From positions 128,001 to 192,000 of the forward strand of contig QCDI01000001.1 in assembly GCA_003280965.1 (NCBI GenBank): 64,000 nucleotides of DNA, read 5' to 3'. The notes beneath the pieces are model-generated. The model was given only the letters and a program-made list of their open reading frames with translations, was not told where the DNA came from and did not search any database. Shown piece by piece: positions 54,958 through 64,000 of this stretch; positions within the stretch are counted from its first letter, which is position 1; each line of letters begins with the position of its first letter. Made by a program: the position numbers and the translations under genes. The DNA comes from Prochlorococcus sp. AG-355-B18 (GTDB lineage: Bacteria; Cyanobacteriota; Cyanobacteriia; PCC-6307; Cyanobiaceae).

Positions 54958-55071
54958 ATTAAATTAGTTTTTTTCCTTTCAGAAAATTTTATATTTAATA
55001 AGGATATTTACTAAAAACATTTTCTGAAGTAGCATCTATTGATTATTTGAATATTAAAGAAAACAAAAACT

Positions 55072-56160
55072 GTGAATACAACAAAGAAAAGAAGAGTTTT
55101 CCCTTTTACAGCTGTAATAGGTCAGGAAGAAATGAAACTAGCTCTTTTGTTAAATGTTATTGATCCAAGAATTGGAGGAGTGATGATAATGGGTGATAGA
55201 GGGACTGGAAAGTCTACTACAATTAGAGCTTTAGCTGATTTGTTGCCTGCAATAGAGGTCGTTAAAGACGATCCATATAATAGTTCTTTAATTGACCCTG
55301 ATTTGCAGAGCAAAGAAGTCTTGGAAAAAATTGTTCAAGGAGAAAATCTAGAGACTATACAAAAACAAGTTCCTATGGTTGATTTACCTTTAGGCGCTAC
55401 TGAAGACAGGCTTTGTGGAACTATTGATATAGAGAAAGCTTTGAGTGAAGGTGTTAAGGCTTTTGAACCTGGGTTATTAGCTAAAGCTAATAGGGGCCTA
55501 CTATATGTTGATGAAGTGAATTTACTTGATGATCATTTGGTTGATGTACTTTTAGATTCAGCTGCTTCAGGTTGGAATACAGTTGAAAGGGAAGGTGTCT
55601 CAGTTCGACATCCTGCGAGGTTTGTTCTTATTGGTTCAGGAAATCCGGAAGAAGGGGAATTAAGGCCTCAGCTATTAGACAGGTTTGGAATGAGCGTTGA
55701 GGTCAAGACAGTAAAAGATGCTGAATTAAGAGTTCAGGTAGTTGATCAAAGGACTTCTTTTGACGATAATCCTGATGAGTTTTCATTGAGTGTTGAGAAA
55801 CAGCAGGATGAACTTCAACAAAAGGTAATTAAAGCTCAAGAAATTTTAAACTCTGTTCAAATGGACGATGACCTTAGATTGAATATTTCTGCAATCTGTG
55901 GAGAATTAGATGTTGACGGTTTACGTGGAGATATTGTTACAAATAGATCGGCAAGAGCAATTGCAGCCTTTGAGGGTAGAAGTGAAGTTCAAGAGGACGA
56001 TATAGCGAGGGTTATTTCTTGTTCTTTAAGGCATAGATTAAGAAAAGATCCTCTAGAACAAGTTGATTCAGGTGAAAGAGTTATTCAAGCTTTTTGTAAA
56101 GTATTTGATTTAGATGAAAAAGAAAATCTTTCAAAATTTCAATTAAATGCAGAAGCTTAA
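55072..56160 (+). CDS. chlI: Magnesium chelatase ATPase subunit I
   Basis: [47 protein letters not shown]. Confidence 0.96.
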   Translation: MNTTKKRRVFPFTAVIGQEEMKLALLLNVIDPRIGGVMIMGDRGTGKSTTIRALADLLPAIEVVKDDPYNSSLIDPDLQSKEVLEKIVQGENLETIQKQVPMVDLPLGATEDRLCGTIDIEKALSEGVKAFEPGLLAKANRGLLYVDEVNLLDDHLVDVLLDSAASGWNTVEREGVSVRHPARFVLIGSGNPEEGELRPQLLDRFGMSVEVKTVKDAELRVQVVDQRTSFDDNPDEFSLSVEKQQDELQQKVIKAQEILNSVQMDDDLRLNISAICGELDVDGLRGDIVTNRSARAIAAFEGRSEVQEDDIARVISCSLRHRLRKDPLEQVDSGERVIQAFCKVFDLDEKENLSKFQLNAEA

Positions 56161-56165
56161 TTACA

Positions 56166-56639
56166 GTGAGAATAATTGGGATAGACCCTGGATTAGCTAG
56201 AGTTGGTTATGGGATTATTGAAATAAAAAATGAAAAAAAGATATTATTAGATTGTGGTGTTATTGAGACAAGTAAATATAAAAAAGAAGAGGATAGACTT
56301 TATGAGATATTCAAAGATCTTAATGAATTAATAAATCATTGGAATCCAAATGTAGCGGCAGTTGAAAAATTTTTCTTCTATAGATCAAGTACTACTATTA
56401 GTGTTGTGCAGGCTAGAGGCGTGATTATGATGGTATTGGCTTCTAAACAAATTAATGTTAGTGAATATTCTCCTGCTCAAATAAAGTTAACCATTGCAGG
56501 GTCTGGAAAAGCATCTAAAAAAGAGGTTCTTGATGCTGTAATGTATAGCTTAGAACTTAAAACCCCACCAAAACCTGATGATTCTGCAGATGCATTGGCA
56601 ATAGCACTAACAAAATTAAATGAAGAAGGCTTCAACTGA
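56166..56639 (+). CDS. ruvC: Holliday junction resolvase
   Basis: [26 protein letters not shown]. Confidence 0.95.
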   Translation: MRIIGIDPGLARVGYGIIEIKNEKKILLDCGVIETSKYKKEEDRLYEIFKDLNELINHWNPNVAAVEKFFFYRSSTTISVVQARGVIMMVLASKQINVSEYSPAQIKLTIAGSGKASKKEVLDAVMYSLELKTPPKPDDSADALAIALTKLNEEGFN

Positions 56640-56648
56640 AGATTCAAT

Positions 56649-57206
56649 ATGACTATCTTAGAAAGAAAGAAATTGGAGAGGGATACGTTTAGAAAACTTA
56701 GAGATGAGATTTCCCTTAATCAAAGAGAAAATGTAGAAAAAAATGTAAAATTGTATGTTGATTCATTTATTAAGGAATATAAAAATATTGGCTACATAGC
56801 TATATACTGGCCTCTAAAAAATGAAGTAGATATTAGAAGTCTTAAGGAAAAAATTTCTTTAGCATTGCCCAGATGTAAAAATAAAAAAGAGTTGTTATTT
56901 TATCCATGGGACGAAAGACCTCTTACAAAAGATTCTGAGGGAATACTAAGTCCTAATAACTATTTTTCATTAAGTCATAAGCAAATAAGTATGATACTTG
57001 TTCCATGCCTCTCTGTAGATAAAAATTTAATAAGGTTAGGTTATGGTGGAGGTTATTTTGATAAATTAAGAAGAGATAAAAATTGGAGGAATGTTCCATG
57101 CATAGGGGTATTAACTTCAAATTGTGTAAGTAATATTCCATTAACCAGAGCAGACTGGGATATCCCCTTATCAGGCTTTATCACAGAAGAAGAAATATTT
57201 GTATAA
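56649..57206 (+). CDS. 5-formyltetrahydrofolate cyclo-ligase
   Basis: YWPLKNEVD, LVPCLSVD..RLGYGGGYFD, WDIPL. Confidence 0.9.
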   Translation: MTILERKKLERDTFRKLRDEISLNQRENVEKNVKLYVDSFIKEYKNIGYIAIYWPLKNEVDIRSLKEKISLALPRCKNKKELLFYPWDERPLTKDSEGILSPNNYFSLSHKQISMILVPCLSVDKNLIRLGYGGGYFDKLRRDKNWRNVPCIGVLTSNCVSNIPLTRADWDIPLSGFITEEEIFV

Positions 57207-57246
57207 TAAGGAACCTAAAGGAGGTTTATTAATAGTTTTTTAAAAA

Positions 57247-57666
57247 ATGGAAAATCAAGAAAAATACATTAACTTATCAAAATTAGTTGAAAAGTTGAAG
57301 AAATCAGAAGATCCAAGAAGAAAATATGAATACATTTTGTGGTTAGGAAAAAAATTGAAAGAACCAGATAGTAAGATCCTGATTGCAGAAAATAAGGTTA
57401 AGGGATGCGTTTCAGAAGTTTTTGTTAAGGCAACTATAAAAGCCGGTAAATTATTTTGGGAAGGATATTCTGATGCTCTCATAACAAAAGGTTTGTTAGC
57501 ATTTCTGATTAATGGATTAAATGAGTTAACACCAAATGAAGTCATTGAAATAGATAAGAAATTTATAGAAGATACTGGTTTGAAAGCAAGCTTAACACCT
57601 TCACGATCAAATGGTTTTTTAAACATATTATTGAAAATGCAGTCTCAAGCAAATGAATTTTTGTAG
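57247..57666 (+). CDS. sufE: SufE-family cysteine desulfurase activator
   Basis: NKVKGCVSEV, SDALITKG, LTPSRSNGF. Confidence 0.92.
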   Translation: MENQEKYINLSKLVEKLKKSEDPRRKYEYILWLGKKLKEPDSKILIAENKVKGCVSEVFVKATIKAGKLFWEGYSDALITKGLLAFLINGLNELTPNEVIEIDKKFIEDTGLKASLTPSRSNGFLNILLKMQSQANEFL

Positions 57667-57707
57667 GTCTAATAATATAAAATTAAACTCAAAGTAAAAA
57701 ATAAAAA

Positions 57708-59009
57708 ATGAGAAAATGCAAAATCGGCATCGTAGGTTTTGGAACTGTAGGTTCAGGGGTATATAAAATATTAAGTTCTGAATGTGATTCACATCCAATT
57801 CTAAAAGAAATAGAAATTGCAAAAATAGCAGTTAAAGACCTAAGTAAAAAGAGGGATATTGGACTAGATAATAATTTATTAACAGATGATCCATTTGAAT
57901 TAATTAATGACTCCTCCATCGATGTAATTGTTGAAGTAATGGGAGGGGTTGACTTGGCGAAAGATATTATTCTGCGATCATTTAAATCAGGTAAATCTGT
58001 TGTTACAGCAAATAAAGCAGTTATTGCAAGATATGGCGAAGAAATATACAAAACTGCAGCAAAAGAAGGAGTTTACATATTGTCAGAGGCAGCAGTCTGC
58101 GGAGGGATTCCAATAATTGAACCATTAAAAAGATCATTAAAAAGTAACAGTATAAAAAAGATGGTTGGGATAATAAATGGCACAACAAATTTTATTCTTT
58201 CAAAGATGGCAAATGAAAAAGCTGATTATGAGGAAACATTAAAAATGTCTCAAAGCCTTGGGTATGCAGAATTAGATCCCACGGCAGATGTTGAGGGACA
58301 TGACGCTGCTGATAAGATTTCTATCCTTAGTGAACTCGCATTTGGAGGGAAAATTAAGAGGGATGAAATATATTCAGAGGGCATAAGTAACATAAATTTA
58401 AAGGATATCGAATATGCGAATAAATTAGGATTTGAAATAAAACTTTTGGCTCTTTCCGAAAGGCAACAAATTAATAGTAATGATTCACTTGCTTTGAATA
58501 TTTGGGTAGGCCCTTCATTGATTCCAAAATCTCATCCACTAGCAACAGTTATGGGAGTTAATAATGCATTATTGATAGAGGCTGATCCTCTTGGAGAAAT
58601 AATGTTGTATGGTCCAGGTGCGGGGAGTGGTCCAACTGCTGCATCAGTAGTATCAGATATATTAAATCTGCATGCTACTTCAGAAAAAAATAATAATTCA
58701 ATCGATCCATTATTATCTTTTGATTTCTGGAGAAACTGTCATATCATAGAATCTTCTGAAATAAATAAAAAAAATTACCTTAGAATTATTTGTCTTGATA
58801 GTCCAGGCGTAATAGGAAAAATTGGAGATATCTTCGGAAATAATAATGTATCAATAGAATCAATTGTTCAACTAGATGCAACTGAGGATAAAGCGGAAAT
58901 TGTTGTTATAACTCATGAGGTGAATAATGGAAGTTTTGAGAAATCGAAAGATGAAATAAATTCGCTTAGTGAAGTCAAAATTATTGCTAGTCAATTAAGT
59001 TGTATTTAG
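57708..59009 (+). CDS. hom: Homoserine dehydrogenase with C-terminal ACT domain
   Basis: GFGTVG, VTANK, EAAVCGGIP, NGTTNFIL, GYAELDPTADV, ACT domain DSPGVIG. Confidence 0.94.
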   Translation: MRKCKIGIVGFGTVGSGVYKILSSECDSHPILKEIEIAKIAVKDLSKKRDIGLDNNLLTDDPFELINDSSIDVIVEVMGGVDLAKDIILRSFKSGKSVVTANKAVIARYGEEIYKTAAKEGVYILSEAAVCGGIPIIEPLKRSLKSNSIKKMVGIINGTTNFILSKMANEKADYEETLKMSQSLGYAELDPTADVEGHDAADKISILSELAFGGKIKRDEIYSEGISNINLKDIEYANKLGFEIKLLALSERQQINSNDSLALNIWVGPSLIPKSHPLATVMGVNNALLIEADPLGEIMLYGPGAGSGPTAASVVSDILNLHATSEKNNNSIDPLLSFDFWRNCHIIESSEINKKNYLRIICLDSPGVIGKIGDIFGNNNVSIESIVQLDATEDKAEIVVITHEVNNGSFEKSKDEINSLSEVKIIASQLSCI

Positions 59010-59080
59010 AAAAATAATTTGCAAATATCCTCATAGCTTGTTAAACCGAAGAAAGTAAGTATTTGGTTTTAGCACTTTCA

Positions 59081-59332
59081 ATGATTCCTTCAAAACTATT
59101 AGATAATAAAAATGAAAAAAAAAGTTCAATTTTTTCTAAGAATCTTTATAAAGGTGCTTGTGTAAAAATTAAAAATAGTAATAAGACCTTTCAAGTAATT
59201 GGTATAAATATAGATAAAAAAATTTGTTGGGTGAGAGAGTGGCCTTTTGCCTTCAATTCTAAAAAAACTTTTGCTTTAGAAATAAGTCAAATAACCTTGC
59301 AAATTTATTGCTCAAATCAATATTCAGAATAA
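59081..59332 (+). CDS. Small hypothetical protein, possible SH3-like barrel
   Basis: GACVKI..FQVIGI..CWVREWP..TFAL alternating beta pattern. ATG 59081 preferred. Confidence 0.65.
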   Translation: MIPSKLLDNKNEKKSSIFSKNLYKGACVKIKNSNKTFQVIGINIDKKICWVREWPFAFNSKKTFALEISQITLQIYCSNQYSE

Positions 59333-59349
59333 TTTAGTAATTAAGCAAT

Positions 59350-60921
59350 ATGAAAAAAAAAGGATTTTTATCAATTTTTATTATTTTAATTTCTTTGTTA
59401 CTGAACTCTTGTGGCTCAAAAAGAATATCTAAAAAAATCATAGTTGCAAGTTCTGGAAAAATTGAATCTTTAGATCCGGCAAAAGCTAATACTCTTAAAG
59501 CAATTCAATTAATAAGCTCTTTGGGAGACACGTTGTATGAATTAAATTCAAACGGAGAATTAATACCTGAATTGGCATCAGGGATGCCAATTCTTTCAAA
59601 GGATAGACTTAAAATAGTTATCAATTTAAGAAAAAATGTTTTTTTTCACGATGGAACTTCATTTAACTCAAATGCAATAAAATTTACTTTTGATAGATTC
59701 AAAAGAATTGGAACCATGAATTATATTTTGGGAAATAAGATTAAATCAATAGAAACTCCAAGTGAATATTCAGTAATAATAAATTTAAATAAACCATCAA
59801 GTTCCATAAATGGTTTGCTCACATCAGTTAATCTAACGCCAATATCTCCTACATTTTATCAAGAATATTCTGATAAGTTTTTAAATGAAAAATTCGTTGG
59901 CACCGGCAAGTATGTCCTTTCTAGTTTTTCAAATGAAGTTCAATCAATTAATCCAAATTTGAATTATTGGGGTGAAAAGCCCTTAAATGAGGGCATTGAT
60001 TTTGTGGGATATTCAAATTCATCATCTCTTTTTGGGGCTTTAAAAAGTAAACAAATTGATGTGCTCTTATCAAATTCAATTGATGATAGTCAGAGAAAAA
60101 GTCTAAATAATTTAAGTAAAAATAAACAGTTTAAAGAAGGTAATAGCCCTTTCACTGAATTAAGTTTTATAAGCCTTAAAACTAGTTCTTATCCCTTAAA
60201 TAATCTTAATCTTAGATTGGCTTTGGCAAAAAGTCTTAATAGAAAATTAATTAGTGAGAAAGTAAGTTATGGATTAAGGAAACCATCTAGATCAATTATT
60301 CCTCCGATATTAAAAAAAGATAATCAAGCACTGTGGCCTAAATATGATTATTTAGAAGCAAGAAGGTTATTGCAAAACGAAAATTATTGTAATGGAAATA
60401 TTCTGAAAATACCTCTTACTTATAGATCTAATGTGCCAGCTGACAAGCTTATTGCCCTGACATGGCAGCAAGAAATTAAAAATTCTTTGAAAGATTGTAT
60501 TAATATTGAACTCAATGGGGTTGAATCTACAACAGTTTATAAGAATCTAAGTTTAGGAATTTATACGGCAGTTATTCTCGATTGGACCGGAGCTTATTCA
60601 GATCCAGAAGCATATCTTAACCCCCTTTTAAGTTGTAATGAAATAGTTGATGGCATATGTAATAAAGGAGAATCAGTTTACAGCGGTAGTTTTTGGGGAT
60701 CTAATAAAGTGGAAAGTTTATTTCTTGAAAGTGAAAAAATAACTGGAATTAAAAGATTAGAAAAACTTGTTGAAATTGAAAAAATAGCGGCAGATTCAAT
60801 CCCTTATATTCCTATATGGATATCATCTCAAAAAGCATGGTCTCAAAATAAAATATCAAAACCTATTTTTAATGGTGCAGGAATAATTTCATTGAGTGAT
60901 CTAAAGTTAATTGATGAGTAG
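59350..60921 (+). CDS. Peptide/nickel ABC transporter substrate-binding lipoprotein (SBP family 5)
   Basis: Lipobox LNSC, SLDPA, PELA, LRKNVFFHDGT, VGTGKY. Confidence 0.9.
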   Translation: MKKKGFLSIFIILISLLLNSCGSKRISKKIIVASSGKIESLDPAKANTLKAIQLISSLGDTLYELNSNGELIPELASGMPILSKDRLKIVINLRKNVFFHDGTSFNSNAIKFTFDRFKRIGTMNYILGNKIKSIETPSEYSVIINLNKPSSSINGLLTSVNLTPISPTFYQEYSDKFLNEKFVGTGKYVLSSFSNEVQSINPNLNYWGEKPLNEGIDFVGYSNSSSLFGALKSKQIDVLLSNSIDDSQRKSLNNLSKNKQFKEGNSPFTELSFISLKTSSYPLNNLNLRLALAKSLNRKLISEKVSYGLRKPSRSIIPPILKKDNQALWPKYDYLEARRLLQNENYCNGNILKIPLTYRSNVPADKLIALTWQQEIKNSLKDCINIELNGVESTTVYKNLSLGIYTAVILDWTGAYSDPEAYLNPLLSCNEIVDGICNKGESVYSGSFWGSNKVESLFLESEKITGIKRLEKLVEIEKIAADSIPYIPIWISSQKAWSQNKISKPIFNGAGIISLSDLKLIDE

Positions 60922-61936
60922 AAATTTAAATAAATTACTAAATTATTCCTTAATAAAAATTTCATTAATACCAATAATGTTATGGATAATTTCTTCATTA
61001 GTATTTATTTTATTGAGAGTTGCTCCCGGCGACCCTGTCGATGCAATACTTGGATCTGGTGCCGATGAAGTTTCAAGGGAATTTCTTAGAAATAAATTAG
61101 GGCTAAATGAACCTCTAATAAATCAGTATTTTACATATATTAAAAATATATTGTACTTAGATTTTGGCCAATCTCTTAGTACCCAAGAGCCAGTCCTAAA
61201 TATTATTCTTAAGTCATTGCCAGCAAGTCTTGAGCTTGGATTCTTTTCAATGTTAAGTGCCATACTAATAGGATTCCCATTAGGTTTAATTGGCTTAAGA
61301 AATAGAGGTAAAAAGACTGATTATATTACAAGAATATTAGGAATTGCTACATATGCGACCCCTCCTTTTTGGGGTGCGATGTTAGCGCAATTACTATTTT
61401 CTGTATTCTTTAATATTTTCCCAATTGGGGGTAGATTTCCAATATTTCAGCAGCAACCTCAAATTACAGGTTTTCTTGTTTTAGATAGTATTCTTTCAAA
61501 TAATATTACTGCCTTAAAAGATTCCCTTTATCATCTCGCACTTCCTTCCATTACACTAGGCTTCCTTTTGAGTGGTATATTCAGTCGCTCATTAAGAGTA
61601 AATTTGGATAAAACATTAAAAAGTGATTACGTTAATGCTGCTATATGTAGAGGGATATCGAAAAAAAAAATCTTTTTAAATCATGCTTTACCTAATGCTC
61701 TATTGCCAATTATCACTATTTCTGGATTGACTATGGCGTCATTAGCAGGAGGTGCTCTATTGTTCGAAGTAACTTTTTCATGGCCAGGTATTGCTTTAAG
61801 ATTACATGAAGCAATTTCTCAAAGAGACTATACCTTAGTTCAAGGGATTGTAATTTTTACCTCTATGCTTATAGTTTCTTTAAATCTCTTTGTTGATATA
61901 TTAATTGCCTATTTAGATCCACGTATAGAGTACTAA
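60914..61936 (+). CDS. dppB: Peptide ABC transporter permease (DppB/OppB type)
   Basis: PGDP, LGLNEPL..QY, EAA loop SDYVNAAICRGI, HALPNAL, EVTFSWPG, DPRI. Confidence 0.88.
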   Translation: MSRNLNKLLNYSLIKISLIPIMLWIISSLVFILLRVAPGDPVDAILGSGADEVSREFLRNKLGLNEPLINQYFTYIKNILYLDFGQSLSTQEPVLNIILKSLPASLELGFFSMLSAILIGFPLGLIGLRNRGKKTDYITRILGIATYATPPFWGAMLAQLLFSVFFNIFPIGGRFPIFQQQPQITGFLVLDSILSNNITALKDSLYHLALPSITLGFLLSGIFSRSLRVNLDKTLKSDYVNAAICRGISKKKIFLNHALPNALLPIITISGLTMASLAGGALLFEVTFSWPGIALRLHEAISQRDYTLVQGIVIFTSMLIVSLNLFVDILIAYLDPRIEY

Positions 61937-63483
61937 TTTTTGGAAACTTCTTTTATAGTTTCAAGATCTAAAAGATGGAAATTAAGTCCCAAATCTTTTT
62001 GGTTTTTAATTACTCTAGTAACCTCTTGGTCCCTAATATTTTCTAAAAATCTGACTAAAAATTTAGCAGATAAATCTTGTACTAAAATTGGATTTGAACC
62101 AATAAAAGATTCACTTATTTTGAAGACGTCATTATTTTCTTCATAACTATTATTAATTCTTATTGGAGAAAAATGACTTGCTCCCTCTATAATTAGGAAT
62201 CTATTTGATGGATTATTTAAAGCAGAAAAAACTCTGAATTGTTCATTTATTAACGGTGTAATAAGGTCATATGTACCGCCTATTAGAAGCGTTGGTGTTT
62301 TAATGCCGGAACTATTTTCTTTTGGCCATACTAAACTGCCAAAGGTATTAAATCCTATTATTGCACTTGCCTTATTAGCATTATTTTTCTCAGAGAATGG
62401 AATTTCGCTTATTTGACATTGAAGCAGTTTTGATAAATTTGTGACTGCGAAATCTTTGAATGCCGAATCACATCTTTCCTCAAGTTGAACAGTTGGTTTA
62501 TTACCTTCATATAAAAGTGCTATTAAAGCACCAAGTGAATGCCCCATTAAGATATAAGAATTATTAGGTATACCAAATTCCCCATTCTCATGAGATTTTA
62601 ATACAGCTTCTAAATCTTTAATTCTATATAAAAAAAAGTCTGCACTTCCTGGAATTGATTGTCCTTCCTCGAGTACTTCAGTGATTGCTTTTAAATTACT
62701 TCCTCTATGGTCTATAAATACTATTGGCCAACCCCTTTTAATTAGTGCGTTTCCTATCCACTTAAAATTGTTAATTTCGCCTCCAAGTCCAGGCATAAAA
62801 ATTATTAGTTCTTTGTTGTGATTTGTTTTATTACTTTTCCATAATTCAACTTCAAGAGGTTTTACTCGGTGAGAAGCATAAATTTTTTTATTTATCTTTG
62901 TAAATTCAGATATATAATTATCATCACTTTTTTTAGGTGTTTCATCATTAATTTTTTCAAGATTATTTAATTTCGAAATAAGATTTTGTTGCATTGCTAA
63001 TTCGTTTTTCCATGATGAAATTATTAAAATTAAATTATCAAGATCTAATGAAATTTCTTCTGAAGGTATTGCCTTTATGATGTCTAAAGTTGAAACTTCT
63101 TTTTTCTCCTCTAGTAAATTTTCTATAGTGTTATAAATTTCGATTCCATTATTGTCATTTGGAACTTTAATAGTTTTGCTTAATTCTGTAAGAATATTAC
63201 GACCTATCCAACTTCTAAGTACTTTTCTATTTAAACCCTCTTCTTTGAATACTGGAAATTCTAAAAATTTTGATAATTCAAAAATTTTAATTAATCCATT
63301 ATTTTTTAACCAATCTATTAATTCTGTTGAGTCATCTTCGTATTTTTCTAATTTTGATAATTGTTCTATAGTAAAAGGTATCTTCATCTCTTCAAAATTA
63401 ATATTTATCTTTTCAGCCGCCTTTGAACCATTATTAAAAAATAATCCACAAAAACCTAAAAATATTATAAAAATGTATTTCAC
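61933..63483 (-). CDS. DUF1400-type exported alpha/beta hydrolase
   Basis: Signal peptide ending in AAEKI, PGLGG, GHSLGA, DLITP, GASHFS. Confidence 0.82.
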   Translation of the reverse strand: MKYIFIIFLGFCGLFFNNGSKAAEKININFEEMKIPFTIEQLSKLEKYEDDSTELIDWLKNNGLIKIFELSKFLEFPVFKEEGLNRKVLRSWIGRNILTELSKTIKVPNDNNGIEIYNTIENLLEEKKEVSTLDIIKAIPSEEISLDLDNLILIISSWKNELAMQQNLISKLNNLEKINDETPKKSDDNYISEFTKINKKIYASHRVKPLEVELWKSNKTNHNKELIIFMPGLGGEINNFKWIGNALIKRGWPIVFIDHRGSNLKAITEVLEEGQSIPGSADFFLYRIKDLEAVLKSHENGEFGIPNNSYILMGHSLGALIALLYEGNKPTVQLEERCDSAFKDFAVTNLSKLLQCQISEIPFSEKNNANKASAIIGFNTFGSLVWPKENSSGIKTPTLLIGGTYDLITPLINEQFRVFSALNNPSNRFLIIEGASHFSPIRINNSYEENNDVFKISESFIGSNPILVQDLSAKFLVRFLENIRDQEVTRVIKNQKDLGLNFHLLDLETIKEVSKN

Positions 63484-63485
63484 TC

Positions 63486-64000
63486 GTGATTAGTCCAAAT
63501 AGTTTTCAAATTAGCAAAAATTGGTGGATGCAATTCCCTTATCCTTTGCGGCTATTAACCAAAATAAGATTTTATGCTGCATTTGGAGCAGGAGGTGTTA
63601 TTTATTTAACATCCCTCATTTTTAATAATATTGGATTATCTGCAACAGATATAGGTTTGGGGTTTACCATATCAGCAATAATAGGTACATTAACGAGATT
63701 TTTTACAGGTAATTATCTAAATAAAAAAGGGAAAATACAATTTCCATTAATTGCTTCATCAATACTAAGTATTACTGCAAGCTTATTTCTCATTTTTTCA
63801 AGAGAAACTTATTTTTACATAATTGGACAATCATTTGTTGGTGCGGCTGCAGGCATATATTGGCCTGCAGCAGAATTCGGGGTGCCTTATTTTTGCTATC
63901 CCATAGATACAAGAAAAGCTTATTCCCTTGTTAGGAGTTCGGAGGCTTTAGGAATATTTTTAGGAGTATTTTTGGGCGGGTTTATGACAAATTATTTATA
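63486..64000 (+). CDS. MFS transporter, 5' part (truncated by window end)
   Basis: Manual translation from GTG 63486: VISPNSFQISKNWWMQFPYPLRLLTKIRFYAAFGAGGVIYLTSLIF..GLSATDIG.., serial TM helices. I translated only the first ~90 codons. Confidence 0.8.
   Translation, partial: MISPNSFQISKNWWMQFPYPLRLLTKIRFYAAFGAGGVIYLTSLIFNNIGLSATDIGLGFTISAIIGTLTRFFTGNYLNKKGKIQFPLIASSILSITASLFLIFSRETYFYIIGQSFVGAAAGIYWPAAEFGVPYFCYPIDTRKAYSLVRSSEALGIFLGVFLGGFMTNYL

Overview
Very AT-rich, tightly packed cyanobacterial chromosome segment. Gene content and order (recB-recD-deaD ... psbP-recR-lipA ... lysA-cdaA-uppS-bioB ... clpC ... malQ/prs ... sasA-tRNA-Glu-petH-zwf-opcA ... gyrA/guaB3-Yfr1-trxA ... petG/cytM ... 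chlI-ruvC) match the core genome of a streamlined high-light Prochlorococcus. This assignment is recognition from memory, not a search. There are about 59 CDS (two truncated at the window edges; petG was missed by the ORF track), one tRNA-Glu(UUC) and the sRNA Yfr1. I found no integrase, transposase, prophage, CRISPR array, defence cassette or genomic island, and no convincing multi-gene novel system. The best leads are small-scale: (1) an FNR whose phycobilisome-binding domain is replaced by a hydrophobic anchor plus a 15-bp-repeat linker; (2) two mutually exclusive helices in the 5' leader of the DEAD-box helicase, next to a perfect 19-bp tandem duplication; (3) a CpcS/CpeS-like orphan protein divergent from sasA; (4) a c-di-AMP cyclase with an RHL instead of RHR motif plus a truncated PgpH-like phosphodiesterase; (5) a cryptic GNAT-like protein; (6) a K-box-like element upstream of clpC.
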